From Lytechinus pictus (taxonomy: Eukaryota): a stretch of 64,000 nt of DNA. Below the pieces are notes generated by a model. It was not told the origin of the DNA, did not search any database, and saw only the letters and a list, made by a program, of their open reading frames with translations. How positions within the stretch are numbered: position 1 is the stretch's first letter; every line of letters starts with the position of its first letter. Below, piece after piece: positions 27,873-41,100 of this stretch. The position numbers and the translations under genes are program-made. Location of the stretch: positions 22,384,001 to 22,448,000 of the forward strand of contig NC_087245.1 in the NCBI RefSeq assembly GCF_037042905.1, written 5' to 3'.

Positions 27873-29346
27873 TAGAATCCACCCTCATTTTTTCTTGTCT
27901 GCCTCCCCCCCCCCCCCTTCCTTACCACCATACTAACTCCTTGGGCATGTCCATTATGATAAATACATCAAAGGACGTGAAGAACTAGGGCAAACACAAA
28001 CCAAATAGGCTTCATAGGGACACCCATGAAAGGGACATCACCGCAGAAATGAGATGTGACGGAAATCACATAACATTACAGAAACTCTAGTATGACAGGA
28101 AATCGAGGAGCAAGACTGCCGATCTCCATACATCAATCCAATAGCTTAGGGTCTCTCTTCACTTTGACAGTCCTGATCTGATAAACCAGACGTCCATCAG
28201 ATAGACTCTCCATCAATGGCAAGGCCTTCTAGTAAAGTGCTTGGAAATCACCATCAAATTCAAGGCTCCATGACTTTGCTGGAGATGTAGATTCGGAAAT
28301 AATTGTTTTGCACTCAGCCATTCTTGAGGGGACCAGGTCTGACCTGATATATTTTGGTTAGTGGGAATTTCAGTAATCACTATATGCATATCTATTCTTA
28401 AGAACGAATAGTATGTAGTGACAAATTTCATTCAAAGATGATTCAACAACCACTACTAAACTTGCGCAAGCTGGTCTTAAATTGCCAAAACAACAGTCAC
28501 ACTAAAATGTTTAAAAAAAAAACTTTTTGCTCAAAACCAGAACTTGTAGAAGAAAAAATAAAATGTACCCTTTGTAGAAGTCTATAAAGTATTTTGCTGG
28601 TATGCAAATCAAATATATATTTATACATGTATATATATATTTATTTTTTTTACTTCTCATTATAATGTTTTAAATGTGATGACATATAGATTATACATTC
28701 ATCTATCAAATCACTCTATTCTAAAATCATTAAAATTACTGAACCATCATTGTAACTACAGAATGTACACAAGCCTTCAATTGTAGTGATACATATGCAA
28801 GGTCAGTACAATCCACAGATATTCTCCTTTCATATTTACTGGAATATAAATTGATTTGAGATCAAAATATAACTAGGCATATATTTGATAAATACTAACA
28901 AGGTGAGGTGAACTGAATCAAAGTGCATTATTAATCAAAAATCAGAATAAAGACATTTCTTAAAACAAGTAAAAGATCAAGATATCCTTTCAGCTAGCCA
29001 TGGCCTCAAGGATAAAAGTAGGAAGTCTTCAGGGGCATAGATGACACACAAACCAAAAAGGGCATCTCAGCAGGCAATCTTCTCACTTTCTGAAGAAAAA
29101 AATGACCAAAACTGATGGAGAGAAAGCACTATAATATGCACTTTCAGTCAAAATTGCTAATTTTCTCTCCCAAAACACCTCTTGGGTATAATTTCTTGAA
29201 GTAGACTCCCACTGGGATGGGAGAGTTATCGTGCTGAATGCATCGAAAAACTTGCCGGGTACTTTGGACAATTTGATTTTGATTCTATCTGATCTGAGGT
29301 TAAACAGAGACGTCCCCCAGAGAGAAGGGCAAGGGAAATGTTCAAA

Positions 29347-30570
29347 CCCAGGTAAAAAAACCAGTTGAAACCAGTTGAAATTTTAACTGGTTTCAACTGG
29401 AGTCAACTGGTACCAGTTGAAACCAATTGGCACAACTGGTAAACTCCCACCATACCAGTATATTCCAGTTGAAACCCATTGTCCCAACTGGACATGCTGA
29501 AAACATACAAGTTTATTCCAGTTGAAACCAATTAACTATACTGGTATAAATTAGTACACCAGTTAATACCAGTTAAAACCAATAGGCCTTTCTGGTTTAT
29601 CTACCAATAGATTCCAGTTTAAAACCCATTAGCCAAACTGGACCATTTGATGCCAGTTGAAACCCATAGAATCCCAATGGGTGTATATACCAGTTAATGC
29701 CACCTTAAACCCATAAACCATACTGGTATATCATTAAACCAATTGATACCAGTTAGAACCAACATGCATTACTGGTATACCTACCAGTTGATTCCAGTTA
29801 AAACCCATAAACCAAACTGGGACATATTTTACCAGTTGGAACCCATAGACCTCCCATAACCCACTTGAAACCCATTTACCATACTGGAATATCAAACCAA
29901 TGGATACCAGTTAGAACCAATATAGGTATTACTGGCATATCTACCAGCTGATTCCAGTTAAAAGCCATAAACCATACTGGAGCAGATTATACCAGTTGGA
30001 ACCCATAGACCTCCCATAACCCACTTGAAACCCATTAACCATACTGGAATTTCTAACCAATTGATACCAGTTAAACCAGCATACATTACTGGTATACTAC
30101 CAGTTGATTCCAGTTAAAACCCATAAACCAAACTGGAACATATTTTACCAGTTGGAACCCATAGACCTCCCATAACCCACTTGAAACCCATTAACCATAC
30201 TGGAATAACAAACCAATTGATACCAGTTAAAATCAACATACATTACTGGTATACTACCAGTTGATTCCAGTTAAAACCCATAAACCAAACTGGGACATAT
30301 TTTACCAGTTGGAACCCATAGACCTCCCATAACCCACTTGAAACCCATTTACCATACTGGAATATCAAACCAATTGATACCAGTTAGAACCAATAGGCAT
30401 TACCAGTATATATCTACCAGCTGATTTCAGTTAAAACCCATAAACCAAACTGGAACAGATTATACCAGTTGGAACCCATAGGCCACCCATAACCCACTTG
30501 AAACCCATTAACCATACTGGAATATCAAACCAAATGATACCAGTTAGAACCAATAGGACTTACCAGTTGA
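29347..30570. repeat. Left subterminal tandem array (about 158-bp period, CCAGTT-rich)
   Basis: CCCATAGACCTCCCATAACCCACTTGAAACCC or close variants recur near 29842, 30002, 30158, 30316, 30475. Confidence 0.9.
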
Positions 30571-30587
30571 TTCTAGTAAGAACCCGT

Positions 30588-30672
30588 ATATACATATATA
30601 ATATATACATAAATATATATATATATGTATATAAGAGGCATAGTGGTAATGCATTGTACTTATTTCCAACAG

Positions 30673-30703
<31 letters not shown>

Positions 30704-31359
30704 GCATATATATTATATAAGAACTATGTTTTCATACCTTTGTTGTTTTATTTGTCGCTTCTCTTAAACTGTAACTGACTTTTGAAATATTTTTGTAATT
30801 GTTGATATCTGCAGTAATCATTCAAATTTCTTATCCGACAAGTCACTGGCTCAATATAGCTGTAACCCACTTTACATAAATATTGATATTTTTTGTACAG
30901 ATCATATTACTTCAAAGTCCTCTTATCTTTGTTTTTAATTCCTTTTGAGATAATTCTTTATGATTATCATTCATGAATGTGTTTCCTATAACTATTATTA
31001 TTGTTACCATCAACACAGCGTTACTTTTCTTAAAAAAGCAAGTATTATTTCATACAATCCACTCTTTAATCTACATGTATTGTTATTTATTCAACATTGG
31101 TTAAATATATATTTATGTGAAAATGTTCATTATGTTAAAGGTATATACATTTAGCCTACTCCCAACCTTTGCCCGTTCCTGCTTTTGACATTACTCCCCC
31201 CCCCCCCCTGTATACTTTTCTTTTTGTATCCCCTTTCCAATATTATACATTAGTATACTTTGTTATATTTTTGTTGCTTATTTGTTTACTGAAATTTTGC
31301 TCTGTACAAATTCATGAAATTCAGCCTTTTACCACAATAAATGCCATGCATTTATCCAT

Positions 31360-31396
<37 letters not shown>
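30588..31396. repeat. (TA)n microsatellites at about 30588-30720 and 31362-31396
   Basis: Direct reading. Confidence 0.9.
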
Positions 31397-31398
<2 letters not shown>

Positions 31399-32109
31399 GT
31401 TGTTGTGATTAAAACAGCTCGATTGAGGATAAGAGGAAAAAAATTTCTACATTATAACTAACGTAATTATTCTTTATGTTAATTTTAATATTTCCACCTT
31501 GAAAAGTTTCATTAAAGTATGTGGTTCGATATTACCATATAACTTAAATCGAAACATGTTATTCTCAGTGGAATTTTCTAGTTTACATTAAAAAAATTGT
31601 TATCCTAGATATTTGTTGCGAGAAAAAATATTTCTTCCTATTTAATCCCTTTTTTCTAATTTAAGTTAAAGAGGACTATTTCACACTATTTTTACAAATC
31701 ATATAAAAATTAGTGTATTTTTCTTTTTTTTAACTCACTTAAAAAATATTTTTGAAGGTGAATAGAATAGCTATTTTTTTTAATATTTATAACACGCATA
31801 TTTATTGCTAGTTTACAATCTTACCATGTTAAGCAAGGCTATCTTTATCTTTCAAAGAAAAAGAAAATAAATAAACTAGAAATAAAGAACAAATATTAAG
31901 CTAATTCATTCTTAAACTTTCAAAGAAAAAAAAAGCTCCAAAAGCAGAGGCAAAAATCGTCATTTCTTGACTGGTTGCCAACCAAAACCAAACAAGAAGA
32001 ATTTTTTTATGTTAAGAAGTTCGTATATCTATTTTAAAACTTCTTTCTTGCTTTAGACCCCCCCCCCCCCTTTCATTATTCCTGACTCAGCAGATCTTCC
32101 TTCAATCAA

Positions 32110-32385
32110 CGGGCGCGGGCGGGCCTGCGCATGCGCACTGAGTGCCACTGATCGCTATCGTCCGTATAATTATGCAAATTAACCAGCCGCCAAACGCAAA
32201 CCGCCAATCTAATTTGAATTTGAAAGAGCCATCTTCGCCGCGCCGTTAATTTGCGCTGCACTTTTATCGAGTGCGATAAAGAAGGATAAAGAAGGCCGTT
32301 TTAATAATAATTCAACCACTGAAATCACACGGACCAGATTTGGACAATGACTTGAAAGCTAAGACATTCGCAGTAGGCTCTACAG
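32110..32385 (+). promoter_or_regulatory. Pol II-type promoter and first exon inside the transposon
   Basis: GC box 32117, NRF1-type TGCGCATGCGCA 32126-32137, octamer ATGCAAAT 32172-32179, CCAAT 32204, CpG-rich; donor CAG|GTAAGT at 32385/32386. Confidence 0.65.
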
Positions 32386-32955
32386 GTAAGTTAACCATTT
32401 TCTATGATTGTCTTTTCGTAGTTTGTTAAATGGCGCGGCTCGCAGCTAGCTGCGGTGCTAGCTGTAACGTTACTGCCCCTCAGGCTCAGCGCTGCCTGCC
32501 GGGCGTGGATGTGTGGCTGCCATGCCGGTGCAAGTCTGCGCACATACATCATATTGACCTTACGATTTGTGTTAAGATTTAACATTAATTTCTTTTCATT
32601 TCACAAAATCTTTCAGTTGATATTGTTCCATATATTGTTATAAGTAAGTATGCAAAATAAATCTATTTAGAAAATGAGAGATCAGAGAGATATGTGATCG
32701 AATGTGAAACTGATTTTCTTGGAAAAAATCTGAGACTCAGCCAGTTATGATTTTCAATTTCAGATTTAACATTATGATAGTGGCCAGTGCCTTGTGTCTG
32801 CGCACCAATAACTTTACACACGATTTGAGGATTTTGATGAGAATCACATGAAATGCCGAAAATCGAAATTCATTATTTTTTCCACCATTCTAAGAGTAAG
32901 AGTCAGATTTTTTCATGAATAGCTGTTTATCACTTTTTGACTGTGTGTATTTCAG

Positions 32956-33121
32956 GAGAGAGGGAGACCCAAACCACCTGGAGTCATACTGAGCCTCGAG
33001 GAGGAGATGAAGTCAGTGAACATGACCTGGGGTACCGGTAGTTTCCAGAAGAAGGCCCAGCTCAGAACCGCCAGGAGTGGAGATCCGAATACTTCGTTGC
33101 TGCCCTCCATGCGAGGAGGCT
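32956..33121 (+). mobile_element. Degenerate 3' end of an RTE-type LINE ORF bounded by splice sites
   Basis: Piecewise translation across frameshifts RGRPK..TW..LEEEMKSVNMTWG..FQKKAQ.NRQEWRS.FVAALHARR resembles the RTE-clade C-terminus; TTTCAG| before and |GTAAGT after. Confidence 0.7.
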
Positions 33122-33591
33122 GTAAGTTAGGTAATTCAGATGTCAAGTTTTCTTTTGGGGTCTTTGTGTATCTTCTATTATGAGAATTATGGAAAAGAGA
33201 TGGTGATTTCATGGTTTTAAAGATGTAAAATATGAAATTCTAGCACTTTTTTTAGGCCTAATAATTTTTTTTTGAGGAGCGCGATATTTTTGTACATGAC
33301 CCAAGCCTAGTTTCACCACAGATTAATTAATAGCTACACAGCTGTTGCATTTACAATTTTAATAACAATCTACAACAATTGAGCATTTTATAAAATTGAG
33401 TGTGTCTAGGAAAGCTTGAGCTCCTCAAAAACAGTGATAAGGAGAGCCATTTATTGAGCTCCATGGAATTATAAACATGAAGGACTGATCTCTGCGACAT
33501 CGATTTCAGAAGTTACCCCAAGACCAAGTGAACTTACTCATTTTTTAAATAAATATGATGATGTGCTGTTTATCATTATAGTTGAATCATC

Positions 33592-34652
33592 GATTCACAA
33601 TCCCATGTATTTTTCTTAATGTGCAAATGGAATTTTACAACACTCTGTAGTAACCCTTGCCCGCCTTAGGTGTAGACATGTATTGCTATTCACTGTAATA
33701 TAGACGTATTTGTTATTCACTGTTCACTGTACTGATTATTTTTCTCTCCATTGTTTAAAAAAAAAATCTTCAGATACATCGCATCTACCAGCAAAGAATG
33801 TGTGCCAGTACAGGAAAGGAATGTACCTGTCGCACATGAACTCTTCAGAGGCAGTGAGGACAACAAGATCTGCAAGCAAGTGATCCTTTTTGTAAGAAAA
33901 TTTCCAATTTGTACATTTCACAATTAATTTTTTTTAAAGCCTTTGTACACATTTAGAGTATCAAGGCTTACAAAATGTAAAAATTAAATGTTTGCCCAAA
34001 AATCATTATGGGGAAGGTGGATTTCCGAGGAAAAATCAAATCTATCTTTGTTTTATACACAGTTGTACGAGCAACCTTATAGGAGGCTTGTCTAGGCTCC
34101 GTGATGAAAATACAATGTAAAAATTGATTCACAATCCCATGTATTTTTCTTCATGTGCAAATGGAATTTTACAACACTCTGTAGTAACCCTTGCCCGCCT
34201 TAGGTGTAGACATGTATTGCTATTCACTGTAATATAGAGGTATTTGCTATTCGCTGTTGTTCACTGTACTGATTATTTTTCTCTCCATTGTTTATGAAAA
34301 AAAATTATTCAGATACATCGCATCTACCAGCAAAGAATGTGTGCCAGTACAGGAAAGGAATGTACCTGTCGCACATGAACTCTTCAGAGGCAGTGAGGAC
34401 AAGTTCTGCAAGCAAGTGATCCTTTTTGTAAGAAAATTTCCAATTTGTACATTTTACAATTAATTTTTTTAAAGCCTTTGTACACATTTAGAGTATCAAG
34501 GCTTACAAAATGTAAAAATTAAATGTTTGCCCAAAAATCATTATGGGGAAAGGTGGATTTCCGAGGGAAATCTATCTTTGTTTACACAGTTGTATGAGCA
34601 ACCTTATAGGAGGCTTGTCTAGGCTCCGTGATGAAAATACAATGTAAAAATG
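33592..34652 (+). repeat. Tandem duplication (534-bp period), with a third diverged copy at about 36007-36353
   Basis: GATTCACAATCCCATGTATTTTTC at 33592 and 34126; TTCAG|ATACATCGCATCTACCAGCAAAGA at 33774, 34313, 36256. Confidence 0.9.
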
Positions 34653-34952
34653 ATAAAATTATCTTCATGGAGTCCTCTAGGCTAGCCAGTGACATGGGCC
34701 CATGCCCATCAATTTTAATTCATGCTTTTGCATAACCAAATGGCGTGAATTTGGAACTGGAAGTATAATTTCAGATTGACCTCCGAAATGAAACGTGCAC
34801 AATTAGTCTGAACTAAAATAAAATTTCCTGAATTTTTCTTAAATCTGGAGGCTGAGGTATTTTTCTATCTTTGAAATTAAATTGGTTCTCGTTGTTTTTT
34901 ACCTCTGACTTTAATACTAGTATGTGTGGGGGTACCGTAGAAGTAGAATTAA

Positions 34953-35390
34953 AGGGATGGTCAAGGCTGGAAACATATCTCAATAAATAGAGTAAAATTC
35001 ACAGAGGAAAATGCTGAAAACTTGATCAAAATTGGATAACTAATTAAGGTTTTGAAATTTAAAGATTTGCATTATTCCGGTGAAATAGTTCTAGGCATGT
35101 CTTTATGAATATTCATTAGGTTGGCTGATGATGTCATATCCCAATTGCCCTTTTGTATTTTATTATATGAGATTAGGTTTATTAAGATATTTTTAACCAA
35201 GAACTATTGACAATTGGATTGACAACTGATTAGGTGCATTAGTTATTGACGCAACTTATTTCATTACAATGGAGACGCATCATTTACACATGTATGAAAA
35301 AATCAAACATTTATGATTTCATCTAGTAACATAAAAAAAGGAAAGTGGAGATGTGACATCAGCCCACCTAATGAATATTCATGACGAAGT
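34953..35390. mobile_element. Truncated Kolobok-like MITE nested in the large element
   Basis: TTAA|AGGGATGGT start; internal inverted ATGAATATTCATTAGG / CCTAATGAATATTCAT; cut off at the following insertion. Confidence 0.6.
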
Positions 35391-35930
35391 CCTGGGGGGG
35401 CCACTTACATTGACGAGTAGATACCATGCGCGACCAAAAAAACATGTAAAAAGGATGTCTTTTTCACGATAGGGCACGTTACGTACGTAATGTGATAAGG
35501 GTGTCAAAAACACAAAAATAATGAAAAAAGGGTATCTATTTCGCTAGGAAAATTACGTGTTTAGGGTCGAATTCGCGGGGATGATAAAACAAAATTAAAA
35601 TGTTTTATAAAGGATGTCCTTTTTGCCCCAACACTTCGTGTTTAGAGTCAGATTTACGCGAGGTGTAGAAGGTGGGGTCGTACTAAACCAAATAAGGTAA
35701 AGATGACGAGCGAAGGACCCGTAACAATAAAACATTCCTATACTTGTTTAGGGGTTCATTTCAGGGAAAATTTGCCAAGAGTATCGTTTTGTTTCCAATA
35801 CTTGTTAAGGGTAGGGTTTCACACGCCAATACTTGTTAGGGTGCATTTTCAGAATATGGGAAATATGTGTTTAGGGTGCTTTTCGAGACCCCATGGTCGC
35901 GCATGGTATCCACTCGTGAATGGAAGTGGA
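35391..35930. mobile_element. Second copy of the 12187-12790 MULE-like element, right tip lost
   Basis: Colinear high similarity with 12187-12760; ends at AATGGAAGTGG with no poly-C tip. Confidence 0.85.
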
Positions 35931-37029
35931 GATATATATGCAAACATACATAGTCTAAGTCTTTATTATTAAAATAAATGTATAGGTATAAGGTCGAGGC
36001 AATTTCATCTCTGCGATGTCAATTTCAGAAGTATTCCCAAGACCATGTGAACTAACTATACATGTTGTAATAAAAATGATGATGTGCTGTCTATCATTTA
36101 TAATTGAATCATTGAAATATGGAACTTAGAGAAGTTTCACTATCCCATGTATTTTCTTTATGTGCAGATATAATTTTACACCCCTGAAATTTTGTATTAT
36201 GGTATTCACTGTACTTATTATTTTCATTCCATTGTTTTTTTTTTCTAATCTTCAGATACATCGCATCTACCAGCAAAGATCAAGTGCCACTACAGGAAAG
36301 GAAGGTACCTGTCTCACATTTCCTCTTCAGAGCCAGTGAGGGCCCCAAGATCTCAATAAATAATAATTAGAAAAAGACTCCTTTATCATTCCTTTAAAAA
36401 TAGTACATATTGAAGGTAAATGCTTAGATGCATTATATTCAAATTTTGTCTCCAAGCTAGCTTGTAAAAATTGGATTGACTACATATTTACTGTGTAAGT
36501 TTATGATCTTTGTTGACACATAATACAAGAATTATACACAGCATGTTACAGTTTGTAACATAATTTTCTTTCATTAAATTCCCAGTTTTAATACCATATA
36601 GATGTTTTTTTGTGACTTGTCATTCTCTGATGTTTTTTGGTACAGATTTCAAGAGACTGAGGGATTGATTTACCAGAGCAAGTTTACAGTCCAATCCTGT
36701 TATATTGTGCATGTGGAAATTAACAAGGTTTCAATGCAATGCTACAAATTTACCTTGATTCATTTCATCAGTCCTATGTGCAAGGATAAATATTTCACTT
36801 GTCCATGCACATTGTTATAACAGGAGTGGACATTCAATGTAAAGATAATTGAAGATAATTAATTGAAATTAGTTAATAACCGCCTGAGAGGGGGGGGGGT
36901 GTTGGCACCAATATTCTAATGTGTGTGTGCGCAAGGAAAACGAAGGAGTGATTATACGAGAAGAGTGAAAGATCAGGAATGTACATATCCACATGATTCA
37001 TTTTTGTTTATGCTATACATTGCAGGGTG

Positions 37030-37619
37030 TTTCTAACTGGTACCACTTGACAATTTGTGTTTCCAACTGGTCCTAACTGGTGCTTCCAACTTGTTCTAAT
37101 TGGCACCAGTTGACAACTGGTGTTTCCAACTGGTTTTAACTGGCACCAGTTAACAACTCATGTTGCCAACTGGTCCTAACTGGCACCAGTTGACAATTGG
37201 TGTTTCCAACTGGTTTTAACTGGCACCAGTTGACAACTCATGTTTCCAACTGGTCCTAACTGGCACCAGTTGACAATTTGTGTTTCCAACTGGTTTTAAC
37301 TGGCACCAGTTGACAACTCATGTTTCCAACTGGTCCTAACTGGCACCAGTTTACAATTGGTGTTTCCAACTGGTTTTAACTGGCACCAGTTGACAACTCG
37401 TGTTTCTAACTGGTCCTAACTGGTACCAGTTTCCAACTGGTACCAGTTAGGACCAGTTGCCAACTGGTATTTCCAACTGGTACCAGTTACAATTTGTCAA
37501 CTGGATTCCAGTTGATTCCAGTATTCCAATTTCCATATTGAATCCAGTTCGCTAACTGGAATCAACTGGTACCAGTACCAGTTGGATGAACTGGTACTTA
37601 ACTGGTTTTTTTACCTGGG
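37030..37619. repeat. Right subterminal array (40-bp units)
   Basis: TGGCACCAGT every 40 bp from about 37101 to 37381. Confidence 0.9.
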
Positions 37620-37985
37620 AAGTTAAGCCACTTCAAAAAGACATTGGTTGGCATTGAAATAGCTGGAGGCCATTGTTGAGAGATTGGCTAACAAGAGGGA
37701 ACGACTGAAACCTGACACATGAAAATGAAAATTTATTAGACAAGTTGCTGACTTGTTATGAAGGCACCAACCAACAACTGGGTCAGAAAAATAAAAATGT
37801 ATCAAAGCCTCAAGGTGTTCTTGTCTTGTTTTACCAGAGAAGTTTGTGGTGTGTCATAAAATATAAATTGTGTAAAATTGATACTGGTTGCGGTTCTATA
37901 CAGAGATATTGATATAGTTCATCAGGGACATGTACAGTGGGGGTACATCCATGGTTCCAGGTTTACAGCACCAAAAAAGGTCCAG

Positions 37986-38112
37986 AGTCCTGCTTCATAA
38001 AGACTAGTTACAATAACTAATGCTCAATTTTAACCAATCAGATTTCAAGGATTTCAGTAGCTTTCGACTGTTATTGCAAATTTGTTATTTGTAATGTTTA
38101 TGAAATGGGCTC
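37986..38112. mobile_element. Degenerate short MITE with CWG-type flanks
   Basis: CAG|AGTCCTGCTTCATAAA ... TTTATGAAATGGGCTC|CTG. Confidence 0.4.
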
Positions 38113-41100
38113 CTGTATTACAAAATTTTATACACCATTACTTTAGCCAACTTTTCAATGTGCATGCTAATTCCCCAACCCCTCTTCGTTTAATATCATT
38201 TCATATAACCAAATCAATCATCTGAATCTTCATGTATCTATATCTTCCTACATGTATCTTTCCTAAATACATTAATGAAAATCTCTGTTGATCATCTATC
38301 TATCAAATACTTGAATTATATCCTAAATTTAGTTTCGGGAACTATTTTTGGAACTCACCCCTTGCTAAACTATACCATAAAGTTGGACCTATCATATCAC
38401 CCAACAACCACCATGGACATCTAACCCCCTACAAATGAGAAGTCACTGTCCAAATTAAGACCAGTAAATTGTTTTGAAAGCAGAAGTAAACAATCTAAGT
38501 TAAATATAGTCCTTTGCTATAGCAATGACCTCCAGGGTGGACAGACGTGAAAGTCACAGGATGCAAGACGTGACTTTGATCTCTGATGATGTCTTGATTC
38601 TCCGATCCATAATTGGCAAAATCACCTAGGAATCTGATTGGGGGTAGCAAGTACATAAACTCGGAAGCCACAATTTCCCTGCCAAGATTCTTAATACGTG
38701 GGACTGATGTTGGTGATTTACCCCGAGGAAGTGTCCATTTAAGGTTGTATATTTGGCCAAAGAACATGCAGAAGATTAAAGAAAAGTTAATTTCTTGGAG
38801 GAAAGATATATTTTGGCAAATCTTGAATGGACAGGATAGAGAGTAGTCTTGGAAGAGTGTAAGATTTTCTAGGTTCATTGAGAATTGCTGATTGTAGTAT
38901 GTCTTTAACCTGTTGGTGACAATTTGTACAGGGACCAATTGATTTCAGCAAATAAAAGATTGATAAAGATCTGAGTATAACAATCATTTTGCTTGATTTG
39001 TACAATTATGTAAATGCTAATGTAAATATTTTAGGGTGAATATGTTAATATAAAATGTAGAATTGAATATAAATATGCTGCTTTATTTCAAATAATCTAG
39101 ATCCAATAATCTTTAACAAATATGTCCCATGCGGTGAAAATTTATGACAACATTGAGTTGATTATGGACTCTACATTCTAGATCAAGCTAAACATTATTA
39201 AAGCCTTTCTTGATTTTTCAATTTGCAAATATTAAGCAACCATTATGCAAAGTTCATGTACATAAAAAGAAATTACTATAGTGTATATTGATTTCAGTCA
39301 AATACATTTGTTATAAAGTGATTCCAACATGAATCAATTGTTTATTGAATAGATGGTGACTTGAAAATATTGGAAATACAAAAATAGTAGCTTGTTTTTC
39401 AAAAAGTATTATGCCATAAATCTTCATTTCTTTAACGGTGCATTAAATTAATGCAGTAGGATCAATGTATCAGATGACCGCAGGATGTTTGTCTCAATTT
39501 GACCTATGACACATTTCAATTGCTGACCAAAGCCTTAACTAACCACTATAGCATCCACACATCATACTGCAGAAACCAATTTCTGAAGTTCACATACACT
39601 TTTGTCCGACCACACTCATTACGCTGTGACGTGCCATTCCACCCCTCAGATCAAAATTGATATGACATTCAATAATTTTATGATGGCATTTACCCTCTGA
39701 TTTCATGGAATATTAGTTTATCCCCCGGTCTCCCAAACTTGGACCCAAGAGGGATTTTGCAGCCAATATTTACATCTAGTCACGCCTACACATTAATTTG
39801 TGAAAATATTATGACGCAAAAGAAAAAATATATTGACGAGGTGCTTAAATGCAGTGTAGATAGTCTATTGCACTTTTTGAATTGTAAAAAAAAGTGTAGG
39901 ATCATTTGGAAAATGAAAATTCAAATTTGGATTTCAAATCATTTGCTTTCGAAATTTCCAGAATTCCTCCTGTTTATTCCCTTCTATTTCTAAGAGAATG
40001 AATTTCTCTAAACTGCATTCACATGAACAATTTCACAGTCACACTATGAGTTCATGATATACTAGTAGTATAATTACAGAAAATCATAAAAAATAAATAA
40101 AAATTGTGATGATATAATATGGATTACATTGTCCAATATCAAGGCATTGTTTAAATCATTGTTTAAATGTTTACATTCACTTACTGAAATAATAGCATTA
40201 TATCATTTACAAAGCCACTTTTAAATAAATCTTTTTAAAAATTACTTAAAAATTGATATGATGCTGTTTAAATTTTTTTTTTACACAATTCCCCCTTTTT
40301 AATAGCTCCCATGGGATTAGTCATTTAAAACTGCCTGAAGATTAACACCCCTATACCCTGAGCCATATTTGAAATAAGTGAAACTTTTTTGTCATTTTTT
40401 CTTTTTAAATGCAATTATATATTCATCATTGTTTAACAAATCAATATTTAATCTTAATCATTTCCATAAATCCTTTCAAATCTTACAACTCAAAAAGGAC
40501 AAATATGAAGAAGGCAAATAATAAGGAATACATGGAGCATTAATTTAAAAAAAAATCAACAAACTGCTCTTCTAAAATATAATGAAAATTCAATGCATTT
40601 TTTAATAGAAGATGATAACATCCATTAAAATGAAATTCAGACTGTTCCATTGCTATCCACACACTCCACAATTACTTTTTTTCTAGCATTTTAATCTTTA
40701 ATTTCATTTTTAATTTAGGAAATGTGCCATCTTCACAATTCTATTTTTCTGATAAGTTTGCAAAACAAAAACATCAAAGATTGAACAATAGACAGATAAC
40801 TGCTATTTTTACATGTAGACTGCCCATATATGGCAAACTTCTTCATAACTCAGGAAAAGTGACCCAGCGGAACACAATTCTGTGTCTCGGTGTGAAAAAT
40901 TTGTTTAAAAAGAAGTTGGGACTGCTAACAGTTTCCGACCATTAATTCTGTCCTGTCGGGATATAACCCTTGTCCCTGACGTCTAAACCAATCAAGATCA
41001 CCCAGCTGCAATTTTTACATGGTCATGGTGAGATTGAATTGTGATGTCAAATGTGTTTGATGGCTATATTTGAAGCATTTTGACATTCCGAATCGCTTGG

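Larger units (their letters stand above)
29347..37619. mobile_element. 8.3-kb non-autonomous EnSpm/CACTA(CMC)-like transposon
   Basis: Perfect 20-bp TIR CCCAGGTAAAAAAACCAGTT / AACTGGTTTTTTTACCTGGG, AA on both flanks (2-bp TSD), long CCAGTT/AACTGG subterminal arrays; no transposase ORF in the ORF track. Confidence 0.85.

Noticed and set aside
37030..37619. Regular 40-bp array superficially like CRISPR
   Set aside because: No unique spacers, no cas genes, eukaryotic context; it is a transposon subterminal repeat.
38495..38938. 147-aa ORF in locally GC-richer sequence
   Set aside because: No recognisable protein, no clear splice boundaries; more likely non-coding.
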